Shown piece by piece: positions 18,124 through 26,657 of a DNA stretch of 32,068 nucleotides. Origin of the DNA: an uncultured Alphaproteobacteria bacterium. Lineage in GTDB: Bacteria > Electryoneota > RPQS01 > DYHQ01. A program made the position numbers and the translations under genes. The first letter of the stretch is position 1; each line of letters opens with the position of its first letter. The notes under the pieces are model-generated. The model had not been told where the DNA came from. It made no database searches and saw only the letters and a list, made by a program, of their open reading frames with translations. Location: assembly GCA_964483885.1 (NCBI GenBank), contig CAZADO010000143.1:1-32068 (forward strand), written 5' to 3'.

Positions 18124-18948
18124 GTGCCCTGGAATCAAGATAAATTCGAACGCGCACTACAGACTCGCCGCTTTGGACGCGAGGCGGTATTTTTTCAAGA
18201 AATCGATTCCACCAACCGCTGGCTTCTGGAGAACGAAGGGCGTTTTCATACGGCCGGGGCAACGGTGATAGCGGAGCATCAAAGCGCCGGGCGGGGAAGA
18301 TTGGGACGCCACTGGGAAGATGTTTTCGGAAAATCTCTTCTTTTTTCGGTACTATTGCGGCTGAATAAATTGAATTCCGCACCCTTGGGATTTATTCCGC
18401 TTATCGCAGGGATTGCTCTTGCACAGACGATTTCCGAAACCTGCGAAAATTCACCCAAAGGATTACAGTTGAAATGGCCGAATGATTTACTCATTGATGA
18501 TAAAAAGGTAGCGGGAGTATTGACCGAAAGTGTTACCTCTAAAAACAAGTTCTGCGTCGTTGTGGGTATCGGTGTTAATGTTTATCAAGACGCAGCAGAG
18601 CTACCGATGGCAACACGCTTACCCGCGAGTTCGCTTCATCTGAGCGGTCTTACTATTTCTTCGCGTGAAAATCTGCTGGCGCAGATTCTGTTTCGTTTTG
18701 AAAAACTCTATGATTTATTTATAGAATGTCGAGTACAGGAAATTATTCAAAATTGGGCGGCTTTTTCACTTTCATCCAGAAGCAGATTCGCTGTAAAAAG
18801 GGGAGAAGAAGTTATTCGAGGCACGTATGAAGGGATCGGGAACGAAGGACAATTACTCATAAGAGAATCAAACGGTAACATTCAGGAAATTTATAGTGGC
18901 GAAATCGTCTCAGAAACAGATAGACAGCGGGATTCTGCTCGCGGTTGA
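18124..18948 (+). CDS. birA: Biotin-[acetyl-CoA-carboxylase] ligase, class I (no N-terminal HTH)
   Basis: Motifs GRGRLGRHW and KWPNDLLIDDKKVAGVL. The 274-aa length has no room for a repressor wing. GTG start lies 2 nt after the mutase stop. Confidence 0.85.
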   Translation: MPWNQDKFERALQTRRFGREAVFFQEIDSTNRWLLENEGRFHTAGATVIAEHQSAGRGRLGRHWEDVFGKSLLFSVLLRLNKLNSAPLGFIPLIAGIALAQTISETCENSPKGLQLKWPNDLLIDDKKVAGVLTESVTSKNKFCVVVGIGVNVYQDAAELPMATRLPASSLHLSGLTISSRENLLAQILFRFEKLYDLFIECRVQEIIQNWAAFSLSSRSRFAVKRGEEVIRGTYEGIGNEGQLLIRESNGNIQEIYSGEIVSETDRQRDSARG

Positions 18949-19705
18949 TGTCGGGAATACCCATACGGTTATCGGAGCTTTTCGTGGAACGCAGTTGCTC
19001 GACAGTTGGCGAATGGCGACTCGCGTAGCGCGAACAGCGGATGAAGTGTGGATTCTGCTGCGGCAATTTCTGGATATGGCGGAAATCGAAAGCCGTCAGA
19101 TTTCAGGTATGGCAGTGTCATCTGTCGTTCCTGAAATGACCACGGTTTATCAACGCGCGTCAGAGCAGCGATTGAAACTGAAACCGCTTATTATTTCCGC
19201 GAAAGAAGTTTCATGGTTGAAGATTCGCTGCAAGAATCCTGCGCAGGTTGGAGCAGATAGATTGTGCAACGCGGTGGCAGCGTTTCAGAAATACGGCGGT
19301 CCGCTAATTATTATTGACTTCGGAACCGCGACGACCTTTGATGTTGTCGATAGAGAAGGAGCTTACCTCGGCGGAGCCATCGCGCCGGGGCTTGAAACAG
19401 CGGCGGCGAGTCTGCACCATCAGGCGGCAAAACTTCCGAAGGTTGATTTAGTGTTTCCCGATAGCGTTATCGGATGTACAACCGAAAAAAGTATTCAATC
19501 CGGAATCTTGTTCGGGTCCGTTGAAATGGTCGAAGGGCTGATACGTCGCATTTCCAAGGAGCTTGGGACGCAAGTGAAAGTCATCGCAACCGGTGGGCTT
19601 GCGACGCTGGTGTTCTCACATTCGGAGATACAAGTATCCGTCGAACCGGATTTGGTTTTGGAAGGCATTCGAGAGATATACGATCATTGGCGAGAGGCGC
19701 CATGA
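18896..19705 (+). CDS. coaX: Type III pantothenate kinase
   Basis: Motifs LLAVDVGNTHTVIG, IIIDFGTATTFD and ATGGLA. The GTG start at 18896 overlaps birA by 53 nt, so the exact start is uncertain. Confidence 0.9.
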   Translation: MAKSSQKQIDSGILLAVDVGNTHTVIGAFRGTQLLDSWRMATRVARTADEVWILLRQFLDMAEIESRQISGMAVSSVVPEMTTVYQRASEQRLKLKPLIISAKEVSWLKIRCKNPAQVGADRLCNAVAAFQKYGGPLIIIDFGTATTFDVVDREGAYLGGAIAPGLETAAASLHHQAAKLPKVDLVFPDSVIGCTTEKSIQSGILFGSVEMVEGLIRRISKELGTQVKVIATGGLATLVFSHSEIQVSVEPDLVLEGIREIYDHWREAP

Positions 19706-21183
19706 GACTAATCCTCTGGGGAATCATCTTCAGCAGTCTGTTGCTTGTGCCGCCAAGTCAGGCGGGTAATATTGATTTGGTTTACCCCCGGCTCGAGGAC
19801 GATGGCACACCGTATGTCTTTATGGACACCGTCAGAACGACGTTTTTCTTCGGCAACGTATCTCCGGCTGACGCACGGCTGGAGGTAGCAGGACGTTCCG
19901 TAGAAGTGACCTCTGATGGTGCTTTTTTGGCATATATCCCACTTGATACGGCGTCTGGAACAAAATCGCTCCGGTTTGCTCTAATAGTAGAGAAAGGGCT
20001 CATTGACACCTTCGATTTCCCTTATGTCTTTGCTCGCGAGACGGAGGCGTCGAAGCCTGAGACGATAGCGATTAAGATGGGCGATTTTCCGATAAATTTG
20101 AAGGTAATCGCAGACCACGCAGTCACGAAGACAATGCCTGGGGGGACGTATGAATTCTTTCCGCCGCGAGGAACAAGCCTTGTCGCGAAAGGTACAGAAG
20201 GAAAATATTTTATTATAGAACTCGGCGGGGAAGACGTCACCTATATTGAGAACCGTTTTGTCGAAGTGGACAGCACGGGTTGCTTAGACTATACGGTTCT
20301 TCGTGACATGAACATCGCGTCTCACCTGCAGCAAAGCACAGTGACAGTGCCGCTGAGCCGCCCTTGTCTTTTTCACGCGCGGTCGTCGTCGGATTTAAAA
20401 GAGTTGACGGTTTCTTTTTTTCATTCCGTATCCCATATCAACAAGATAACCTTCGAGCCTTGGGAAGGCGGAGTGAGTCTCGCTCAATGGCAATCCGGCG
20501 GTGAAGGACATGTGGACGTTACGATTCGATGCACGACACCTATCGAGCAGGGCTATAGCGTTCTATATACGCCGGATTATTCGGCGGCGGAAATCACGAT
20601 TCGCCACCAGCCTGCGGGTCGGCAGGGTTCTTTACGCGGCAAGACCATCGTCGTGGATCCGGGACATGGAGGCGCGGCAAACGGTTCTGTGGGGCCATTG
20701 CGCACGATGGAAAAGGATGTCGTGCTGGCTTTGGGGAAACTGCTGGTGCGGGAGCTTGAGAAGCGCGGAGCGAATGTCGTTCTGACAAGAGAGGATGACG
20801 CATACGTCGGAATCTACGAGCGAGTGGATTTCGCACGCGAAAACCATGCGGATTTTCTCATCAGCTTGCATTCGAACGCACTCCCGGATGGAGACAATCC
20901 TTTCCTACGACACGGCAGCGGAACCTATTACTACCATCCCGGAAGTCGCCGAGCAGCGGAGACGGTTCATCGCCGGCTTCTACAGGCTGCGAAACTGCGT
21001 GATGACGGAATTTTCTACGATGATCTCGCGTTGGTTAGACCGTCGGATTTTCCAGCGGTGTTGGTTGAAGTGGCGTACACGATGTACCCTGAGGAAGAGA
21101 AGTTGCTTCGCGATCATAAATTTTTGCAGAGGGTGGCAAAGGGACTTGCCAGAGGTATTCAAGACTATTTTCGAATGAGGTAA
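19702..21183 (+). CDS. N-acetylmuramoyl-L-alanine amidase (Amidase_3 domain) with a ~310-aa N-terminal domain of unknown function
   Basis: Signal peptide MRLILWGIIFSSLLLVPPSQAG. C-terminal motifs IVVDPGHGG, FLISLHSNA and VLVEVAYTMYPEE. ATGA overlap with the coaX stop supports ATG at 19702 rather than TTG at 19687. Confidence 0.8.
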   Translation: MRLILWGIIFSSLLLVPPSQAGNIDLVYPRLEDDGTPYVFMDTVRTTFFFGNVSPADARLEVAGRSVEVTSDGAFLAYIPLDTASGTKSLRFALIVEKGLIDTFDFPYVFARETEASKPETIAIKMGDFPINLKVIADHAVTKTMPGGTYEFFPPRGTSLVAKGTEGKYFIIELGGEDVTYIENRFVEVDSTGCLDYTVLRDMNIASHLQQSTVTVPLSRPCLFHARSSSDLKELTVSFFHSVSHINKITFEPWEGGVSLAQWQSGGEGHVDVTIRCTTPIEQGYSVLYTPDYSAAEITIRHQPAGRQGSLRGKTIVVDPGHGGAANGSVGPLRTMEKDVVLALGKLLVRELEKRGANVVLTREDDAYVGIYERVDFARENHADFLISLHSNALPDGDNPFLRHGSGTYYYHPGSRRAAETVHRRLLQAAKLRDDGIFYDDLALVRPSDFPAVLVEVAYTMYPEEEKLLRDHKFLQRVAKGLARGIQDYFRMR

Positions 21184-21187
21184 CTGT

Positions 21188-21703
21188 TTGGACAAAGTAT
21201 ATCTGACACGGGATGGACTGCAAAAGTTAGAAGGAGAGCTCAGGCAGTGGAAAACAAAGCGATTGCCCGAGATGCTCAAACAGGTTGCGGAAGCTCGTGA
21301 ACATGGCGACCTCTCGGAGAATGCCGAATATCATGCGGCCAGAGAGGAATTGACTCGAATTCATGCCAAGATTTATCAACTTGAGCAGACGCTTTTTAAT
21401 GTACATCTTGTCGATGAAAATTCTATCGACACGGATCAGGTTCGCATTTTAACCACGGTTCGAATTCAAGACCATTCAAAAAATCAACAGCGACAATATA
21501 CCCTCGTCGCATTGGAAGAAGCGGATCCGACTATCGGAAAGATTTCCGTGCAATCACCGGTAGGGCGAGGGCTGATCGGGAAAAAAGCCGGCGACAGGGT
21601 GACGATTCAAGTTCCTGCAGGGAAAGTCGAATGGACGATCCTTGAAATCCTGCCGCTGAGAACTAAAGGAGGATCTGACAATGGCAACTCCACGGCAACT
21701 TAG
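21188..21703 (+). CDS. greA: Transcription elongation factor GreA
   Basis: Motifs LTRDGLQKLEGEL, GDLSENAEYHAAREE and the C-terminal SVQSPVGRGLIGKKAGD. TTG start. Confidence 0.9.
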   Translation: MDKVYLTRDGLQKLEGELRQWKTKRLPEMLKQVAEAREHGDLSENAEYHAAREELTRIHAKIYQLEQTLFNVHLVDENSIDTDQVRILTTVRIQDHSKNQQRQYTLVALEEADPTIGKISVQSPVGRGLIGKKAGDRVTIQVPAGKVEWTILEILPLRTKGGSDNGNSTAT

Positions 21704-22409
21704 ACGTTCAGCGACCTCTCGCGTGCTGGGAGGTGTCTGCGGAGGTTTAGCGGAATATTTCGATATCGATCCCACCATCGTGCGTATCATTCTGATTGCA
21801 CTGGCAATACTATCTCTCGGATTCGGCGGCGTCATTCTGTATATCTTGGCATGGATAATCATGCCTGCGCCGCTTGGAATAGGAGCGGAGACAGGTTTTA
21901 CGGACACCGGGACAAAAACGGGTTTGGGCATCATTCTTGTCGGAGCGGGACTAATTCTGGTTCTGTTTATGGCAATGCCGTGGGGATGTGTTATTCCGGG
22001 GCCTTGGCATTGGTCGGGGCATTTTCCGATGATGCCGTTGCGCTTTCTTCTTCCCGTAGCTTTAATTATTGGAGGAATTGCACTTTTATTTATTGGACTA
22101 AGCGGAAGAACCGAGCAAAGTACAACTACGAGTACTCCCGACGAAAAATCCGAGGGAGAATCGAGTTCAACATCTACAAATGGAGAAAAACGCACCATGC
22201 GCAGACTTCACCGTTCGCTTCGCAACAAGAAAATCGCAGGTATTTGCGGTGGTCTTGGAGATTATTTCAATATTGATCCGACGATATTTCGTCTTCTCTG
22301 GATTTTTCTCCTGCTCTTCTATGGGACGGGAATTCTCATCTATCTGATTCTCTGGATCGTGATTCCTCAGGAACCGGTCATCATTACGCCGCCGAATTCA
22401 ACGACATGA
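21681..22409 (+). CDS. Membrane protein with two PspC domains
   Basis: Two copies of the PspC motif: [30 protein letters not shown] and [30 protein letters not shown]. They are separated by TM helices and a Ser/Thr/Glu-rich linker. Confidence 0.8.
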   Translation: MATPRQLRRSATSRVLGGVCGGLAEYFDIDPTIVRIILIALAILSLGFGGVILYILAWIIMPAPLGIGAETGFTDTGTKTGLGIILVGAGLILVLFMAMPWGCVIPGPWHWSGHFPMMPLRFLLPVALIIGGIALLFIGLSGRTEQSTTTSTPDEKSEGESSSTSTNGEKRTMRRLHRSLRNKKIAGICGGLGDYFNIDPTIFRLLWIFLLLFYGTGILIYLILWIVIPQEPVIITPPNSTT

Positions 22410-22416
22410 GGTAGTA

Positions 22417-24213
22417 GTGGAGCTGCGCCACTATAGAAATTTTTGCATTATCGCTCATATTGATCACGGGAAATCCACACTCGCTGACCGTTTGCTCGAG
22501 CTGACGCATACACTGTCACCTCGCCAAATGCGCAAGCAGGTTCTGGATGATATGGACATCGAGCAGGAGCGAGGGATTACCATCAAGATGCATCCCATCA
22601 CGATGGAATACGAGCATACGGATGGGAAAACGTACTTGCTCAATCTCATCGATACTCCCGGTCATGTGGATTTTACCTATGAAGTATCGCGCTCGCTGCG
22701 CGCCTGCGAAGGAGCGCTTTTAATCGTTGATGCGACACAGGGAATCGAAGCGCAGACGATTTCCAATCTGTATCTGGCGATGGAAAACAACCTGACCGTT
22801 ATTCCTGTCGTCAATAAAATCGATCTTCCCGCCGCCCGAGTCGAAGAAGTGAAAGCGGAAATTTGCGAGTTATTAGGTGTCGAGGAAAACGAAATTCTGT
22901 GCGTCAGCGCCAAGCAGGGAACGGGAGTCGAAAAAGTGCTGCCGGCGGTTGTCGAACTGATTCCACCTCCGAAAGGAAATCCGGATGCTCCGCTCCGCGC
23001 GCTTATTTTTGATTCTGTCTTTGACAATTACAGGGGAGCGGTTGCTTATGTGCGGGTCTTCGACGGAATTGCTCGAGAAAAGCTCGGAGTGCGCTTTTTA
23101 GCGACCGGACAAACGCGCGAGATAGATGAAGTCGGTATTTTGCGCTTGAAGCAGATAAAAAGGGACACTCTCGAAACCGGGAGTGTCGGATATATTATCA
23201 CAGGCTTCAGGGAAGTACGCGAGCTCAAGGTCGGGGATACGATTGCGGCGGCGGATGCTTCGGGAATCGAGCCGTTGCTGGGTTACCGGGAAATGAAACC
23301 GATGGTTTTCTCGGGGCTATTTCCTGCGAAGAATGAAGATTATGAATTGTTGCGCGACTCTCTTGAAAAACTCCGGCTGAACGATTCGGCTCTTTTCTAT
23401 GAACCGGAAGTGTCGGTTGCATTAGGATTTGGTTTTCGCGCCGGTTTTCTGGGTCTTTTACATTTGGAGGTGATTCAGGAGCGCTTGGAGCGTGAATATA
23501 ATCTTGATCTTGTTTTCACCGTACCGAGTGTCGAATACAAGGTGAATCTTACCGACGGTTCGCAGTTGCTGATTGACAATCCAACAAAATTACCGGATCT
23601 CGGGACGATTGAATCTATTGAGGAACCCTATATTCAAGCTTCAATAATCACACCCGAAGAGTTCATCGGCACGATTATGAAGATTTGCCGGGAGCGTCGG
23701 GGAGTTTATATCACGACGGAATATGTGGATTTCAGACGTGTAAATTTGCGGTACGAACTTCCTTTGGTCGAGGTGATTTTTGATTTCTATGATAAATTGA
23801 AGAGCGTTTCCCGTGGCTATGCTTCCCTCGACTATGAACTGATGGGGCACCGCGTTTCGAACATGGAACGTCTTGATATTTTGGTGAATGGTGAAGTTGT
23901 TGACGCACTTTCGATGATTGTACATTCGGATAAGGCGTACGATTGGGGTCGGCGCGTCTGCGACAAATTCAGGGATTTGATTCCGCGGCAGCTTTTCGAT
24001 GTAGCGATTCAGGCGGCACTGGGTTCACGGATTATCGCTCGCTCAACGGTTAAAGCTGTCCGCAAGAATGTCCTCGCCAAGTGCTATGGGGGAGATGTGA
24101 CGCGGAAACGTAAACTTCTGGAGAAACAAAAAGCGGGGAAGAAGCGTTTAAAGCAGGTGGGAAATGTGGAAATCCCGCAAGAAGCGTTCTTAGCGATTCT
24201 TAAGGCGGACTAA
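22417..24213 (+). CDS. lepA: Translation elongation factor 4 (LepA)
   Basis: Motifs [35 protein letters not shown], and the conserved C-terminal [25 protein letters not shown] start. Confidence 0.95.
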   Translation: MELRHYRNFCIIAHIDHGKSTLADRLLELTHTLSPRQMRKQVLDDMDIEQERGITIKMHPITMEYEHTDGKTYLLNLIDTPGHVDFTYEVSRSLRACEGALLIVDATQGIEAQTISNLYLAMENNLTVIPVVNKIDLPAARVEEVKAEICELLGVEENEILCVSAKQGTGVEKVLPAVVELIPPPKGNPDAPLRALIFDSVFDNYRGAVAYVRVFDGIAREKLGVRFLATGQTREIDEVGILRLKQIKRDTLETGSVGYIITGFREVRELKVGDTIAAADASGIEPLLGYREMKPMVFSGLFPAKNEDYELLRDSLEKLRLNDSALFYEPEVSVALGFGFRAGFLGLLHLEVIQERLEREYNLDLVFTVPSVEYKVNLTDGSQLLIDNPTKLPDLGTIESIEEPYIQASIITPEEFIGTIMKICRERRGVYITTEYVDFRRVNLRYELPLVEVIFDFYDKLKSVSRGYASLDYELMGHRVSNMERLDILVNGEVVDALSMIVHSDKAYDWGRRVCDKFRDLIPRQLFDVAIQAALGSRIIARSTVKAVRKNVLAKCYGGDVTRKRKLLEKQKAGKKRLKQVGNVEIPQEAFLAILKAD

Positions 24214-24243
24214 ATCAATTTTGTAAAGGATTTTAAGGAAACT

Positions 24244-25014
24244 ATGGCACCTATCAGCAAGACCATTGCGCGTCTATGGAATAGGAAGAAGGCTTCGGAA
24301 GAGAAACCGAAACGCCCGAAAGGACTCATTCGTGAATGGGTCGAATTTCTGATTACGTTAACCATCATGGTTTTCTTTATTCGGGTCACGACCGTGGAAG
24401 CTTTTCGCATCCCGACCGGTTCAATGGAGGATACGCTGCTGGTCGGCGATTTCCTACTTGTGAACAAATTTGTTTATGGGATTCGTACTCCGGATTGGAT
24501 AGGAGTGCCGTTCACGAAAATCGGATTCCATATTCCATCAACTCGGCTGCCGTCTTTGAGCGAGCCTGAGCCGGGAGACGTCGTTGTTTTTCGGTTTCCC
24601 CTGAAGCCGGATTTAAACTATGTCAAACGCTGCGTGGCGGTTGGCGGCCAGACGATTGAAATACGAGATAAAGTCCTTTATGTGGACGGAGAGCCAGCTC
24701 CTTATGTCGATTTTACCAAGTTTACACGCAAACAGATATTGAAAAAGGGGGTGGGCGAACGCGGAATTTTTTCTCCGTCAAGGTACCCGTGGAATCATGA
24801 CAATTACGGGCCGATTACTGTTCCCGAAGGTCAATATTTTATGATGGGAGATAATCGCGATAACAGTGCGGACAGTCGCTACTGGGGTTTTTTATCCAAA
24901 GATTTGGTTGTGGGTAAAGCGCTTATTATTTATTTCTCATGGAATAAATATGTTCCCTGGACCCGATTTTACGAAAAAATCCGTTGGGAACGAGTGGCAC
25001 AAATTATTCACTGA
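24244..25014 (+). CDS. lepB: Signal peptidase I
   Basis: Motifs PTGSMEDTLLVGD (catalytic Ser), YVKRCVAVGGQ (catalytic Lys) and GDNRDNSADSRYWGF. Classic lepA-lepB order. Confidence 0.9.
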   Translation: MAPISKTIARLWNRKKASEEKPKRPKGLIREWVEFLITLTIMVFFIRVTTVEAFRIPTGSMEDTLLVGDFLLVNKFVYGIRTPDWIGVPFTKIGFHIPSTRLPSLSEPEPGDVVVFRFPLKPDLNYVKRCVAVGGQTIEIRDKVLYVDGEPAPYVDFTKFTRKQILKKGVGERGIFSPSRYPWNHDNYGPITVPEGQYFMMGDNRDNSADSRYWGFLSKDLVVGKALIIYFSWNKYVPWTRFYEKIRWERVAQIIH

Positions 25015-25050
25015 ACATGTATCAATTATATTTCTTGAATAAAAAGAAGA

Positions 25051-25075
25051 GCCCCGAAGATTTCGGGGCTTTTCT
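25051..25075. terminator. Rho-independent terminator, probably bidirectional, at the convergent lepB / DUF4956 junction
   Basis: Stem gccccgaa / ttcggggc with a 3-nt loop, followed by ttttc and preceded by aaaaagaaga (a U-tract for the opposite strand). Confidence 0.75.
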
Positions 25076-25209
25076 CACTCATTTTCATTAAGATAGTTTA
25101 TTTGCGCAGGACGCGGGAGCGTCCTGCCTAGTATGTGAAGATTAAATGTTTGTGGGATGTATCAATGAACTCCGCGCCGCGGCATGCGTCTCGCGTGCCC
25201 GGAACAGAG

Positions 25210-25893
25210 TTAGAACTCACCTTCGTTTTCTTCTGCAAGAAGCGTCACTCGTTCCATGCCTTCAATGGCTGAGAGAAAAGAGAGCAACTGCTGTTCGTTG
25301 ACTCCTCGTTTGAGGCGCACGAGGTAGGAATGCTCGATGAATTGTCCCATACGCACCGTTTTTACTCCCAGTCGTTTATGCGATGACAGGAACCGTTCGA
25401 AAACCTGATGATAGCTGAGGTCATCTGAATCGGAGGGGATGAGCTGAAAGCGAAGCAGATAGACGCCGCGCGACCCGGTTCCAAATTGGATAAAATCGAG
25501 CAGTAAGAGCAGGAAAAGGATTAGGGCAGTGCCGTAAAGAGCAATCGAGTAGTTACCGATACCGGCGGCCATTCCCGCGGCAAGGGCGAAAAAGACATAG
25601 GCGATATCCCGGTTGTCCTTCACGACGGTTCGAAAGCGAATAATCGACAGCGCTCCGACAAGACTGAAGGCTCTGGCGATGCTGTTGCCGATTACCATCA
25701 TGACTAACGCGACAACCATTGACAGGATGACTAAGGTAAGGAGAAAGGATTGATTCATCGCTCTGTGCCGGTTCGTCAAGCGATAAACAACAGACACCAT
25801 GAAGCCGAGAAGAAAGGCGAGAAGCAGATTGATAATAATATCTACCGGAGTGACGTTTTGACTGGCTGAAGCGAAGCTGTTAAGGAAGTTCAT
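25210..25893 (-). CDS. DUF4956 domain-containing membrane protein
   Basis: Several hydrophobic helices, the family hallmark LVGALSIIRFRTVVKDNRDIAYVF, and a soluble C-terminal domain. ATGA overlap with the upstream VTC gene. Confidence 0.6.
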   Translation of the reverse strand: MNFLNSFASASQNVTPVDIIINLLLAFLLGFMVSVVYRLTNRHRAMNQSFLLTLVILSMVVALVMMVIGNSIARAFSLVGALSIIRFRTVVKDNRDIAYVFFALAAGMAAGIGNYSIALYGTALILFLLLLLDFIQFGTGSRGVYLLRFQLIPSDSDDLSYHQVFERFLSSHKRLGVKTVRMGQFIEHSYLVRLKRGVNEQQLLSFLSAIEGMERVTLLAEENEGEF

Positions 25894-26636
25894 ACGTGAA
25901 ACTCCCGTACTTCGGTAGAAGGGAGATGGACGTTGAGTCCATTGCAGTATTTCGAAATGGGCTGAACGTGCAATTTGAAATCACGAACAATATTCCGCAT
26001 CCAAACGGGCATGCGCTGGTAGAATTTAACTTCAAGAATGAAGACTTGATTTACCAAGACGCACAAATCCTGTTCACGAAAAATTTCTTCCACATCGGGA
26101 TGAGGGTAGCTGCGCACGTTAAAATCAAAGGTGACGCGAAACGAGGGATCTGTCAAACCTCTCAGCGCTTCTCTCTCATAGGTGATGAGAGCTTTGGACT
26201 CCAGTTTCAGCCGTTTGAAAAGATAGACGAATTTATCTAAAGCCGCCCGTTCAATGAATCCCGGTTGATTACTTGTGAGATGTAGCTGAGCGCCATTCAT
26301 CAGATTCGGCGTTTCGGCGAGTGATACCTGCGCGCGTTCTTTGAAAATCGTGCCGTCTATTTTGCGTTTGATTTCAAGAAACGCGATGCTGTCCGGATGA
26401 CTTGAATTGTAAGTGCGAACGCGCAATTTCTTGCGAATTTTGAGTCCGTCAAGTTTTTCGAAGTAGAAAAGGAGGCTCCGGGTATCGAAATAGATGCTGC
26501 GAACCGTGTAGCGCTGTTTCGGCAATTCCTGACAAAAGGGATCATGTTCCATGTGCACCAGAATGCGTTGGCGCAACGGATCCAACATCTCTATCGGAAC
26601 GTAATACTTAAACTCTTTTCGCTCGAATTTTCCCAT
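25890..26636 (-). CDS. VTC domain (polyphosphate polymerase-like, triphosphate tunnel metalloenzyme) protein
   Basis: N-terminal RKEFKYYV (RxExKY pattern). Alternating charged beta-strand motifs RSIYFDT, KLRVRTY, FLEIKRK, RVTFDFN and LEVKF. Length ~250 aa and adjacency to DUF4956, as in other bacterial VTC loci. Confidence 0.65.
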   Translation of the reverse strand: MGKFERKEFKYYVPIEMLDPLRQRILVHMEHDPFCQELPKQRYTVRSIYFDTRSLLFYFEKLDGLKIRKKLRVRTYNSSHPDSIAFLEIKRKIDGTIFKERAQVSLAETPNLMNGAQLHLTSNQPGFIERAALDKFVYLFKRLKLESKALITYEREALRGLTDPSFRVTFDFNVRSYPHPDVEEIFREQDLCVLVNQVFILEVKFYQRMPVWMRNIVRDFKLHVQPISKYCNGLNVHLPSTEVREFHV

Positions 26637-26657
26637 TTTCAGGTCGTGGTAAAGATT

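Noticed and set aside
21554-22198. 214-aa minus-strand ORF antisense to the greA end and the PspC gene. Similar long antisense ORFs occur at 15077..15613, 16075..16587, 8348..8860, 8966..9418, 6377..6823, 3894..4256, 12758..13126 and 13196..13609.
   Set aside because: Each lies entirely within a + strand gene whose product has unmistakable family motifs. Their translations are low-complexity (Arg/Ser/Pro-rich) with no recognisable motifs, which is typical of shadow ORFs.
25106-25127. Perfect 9-bp GC-rich hairpin gcaggacgc-ggga-gcgtcctgc in the lepB/DUF4956 spacer. A second imperfect hairpin lies at 25179..25197.
   Set aside because: Neither is followed by a U-tract on either strand. The nearby hairpin at 25051..25075 is a much better bidirectional terminator. 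There is no repeat copy elsewhere in the window to suggest a REP/MITE element.
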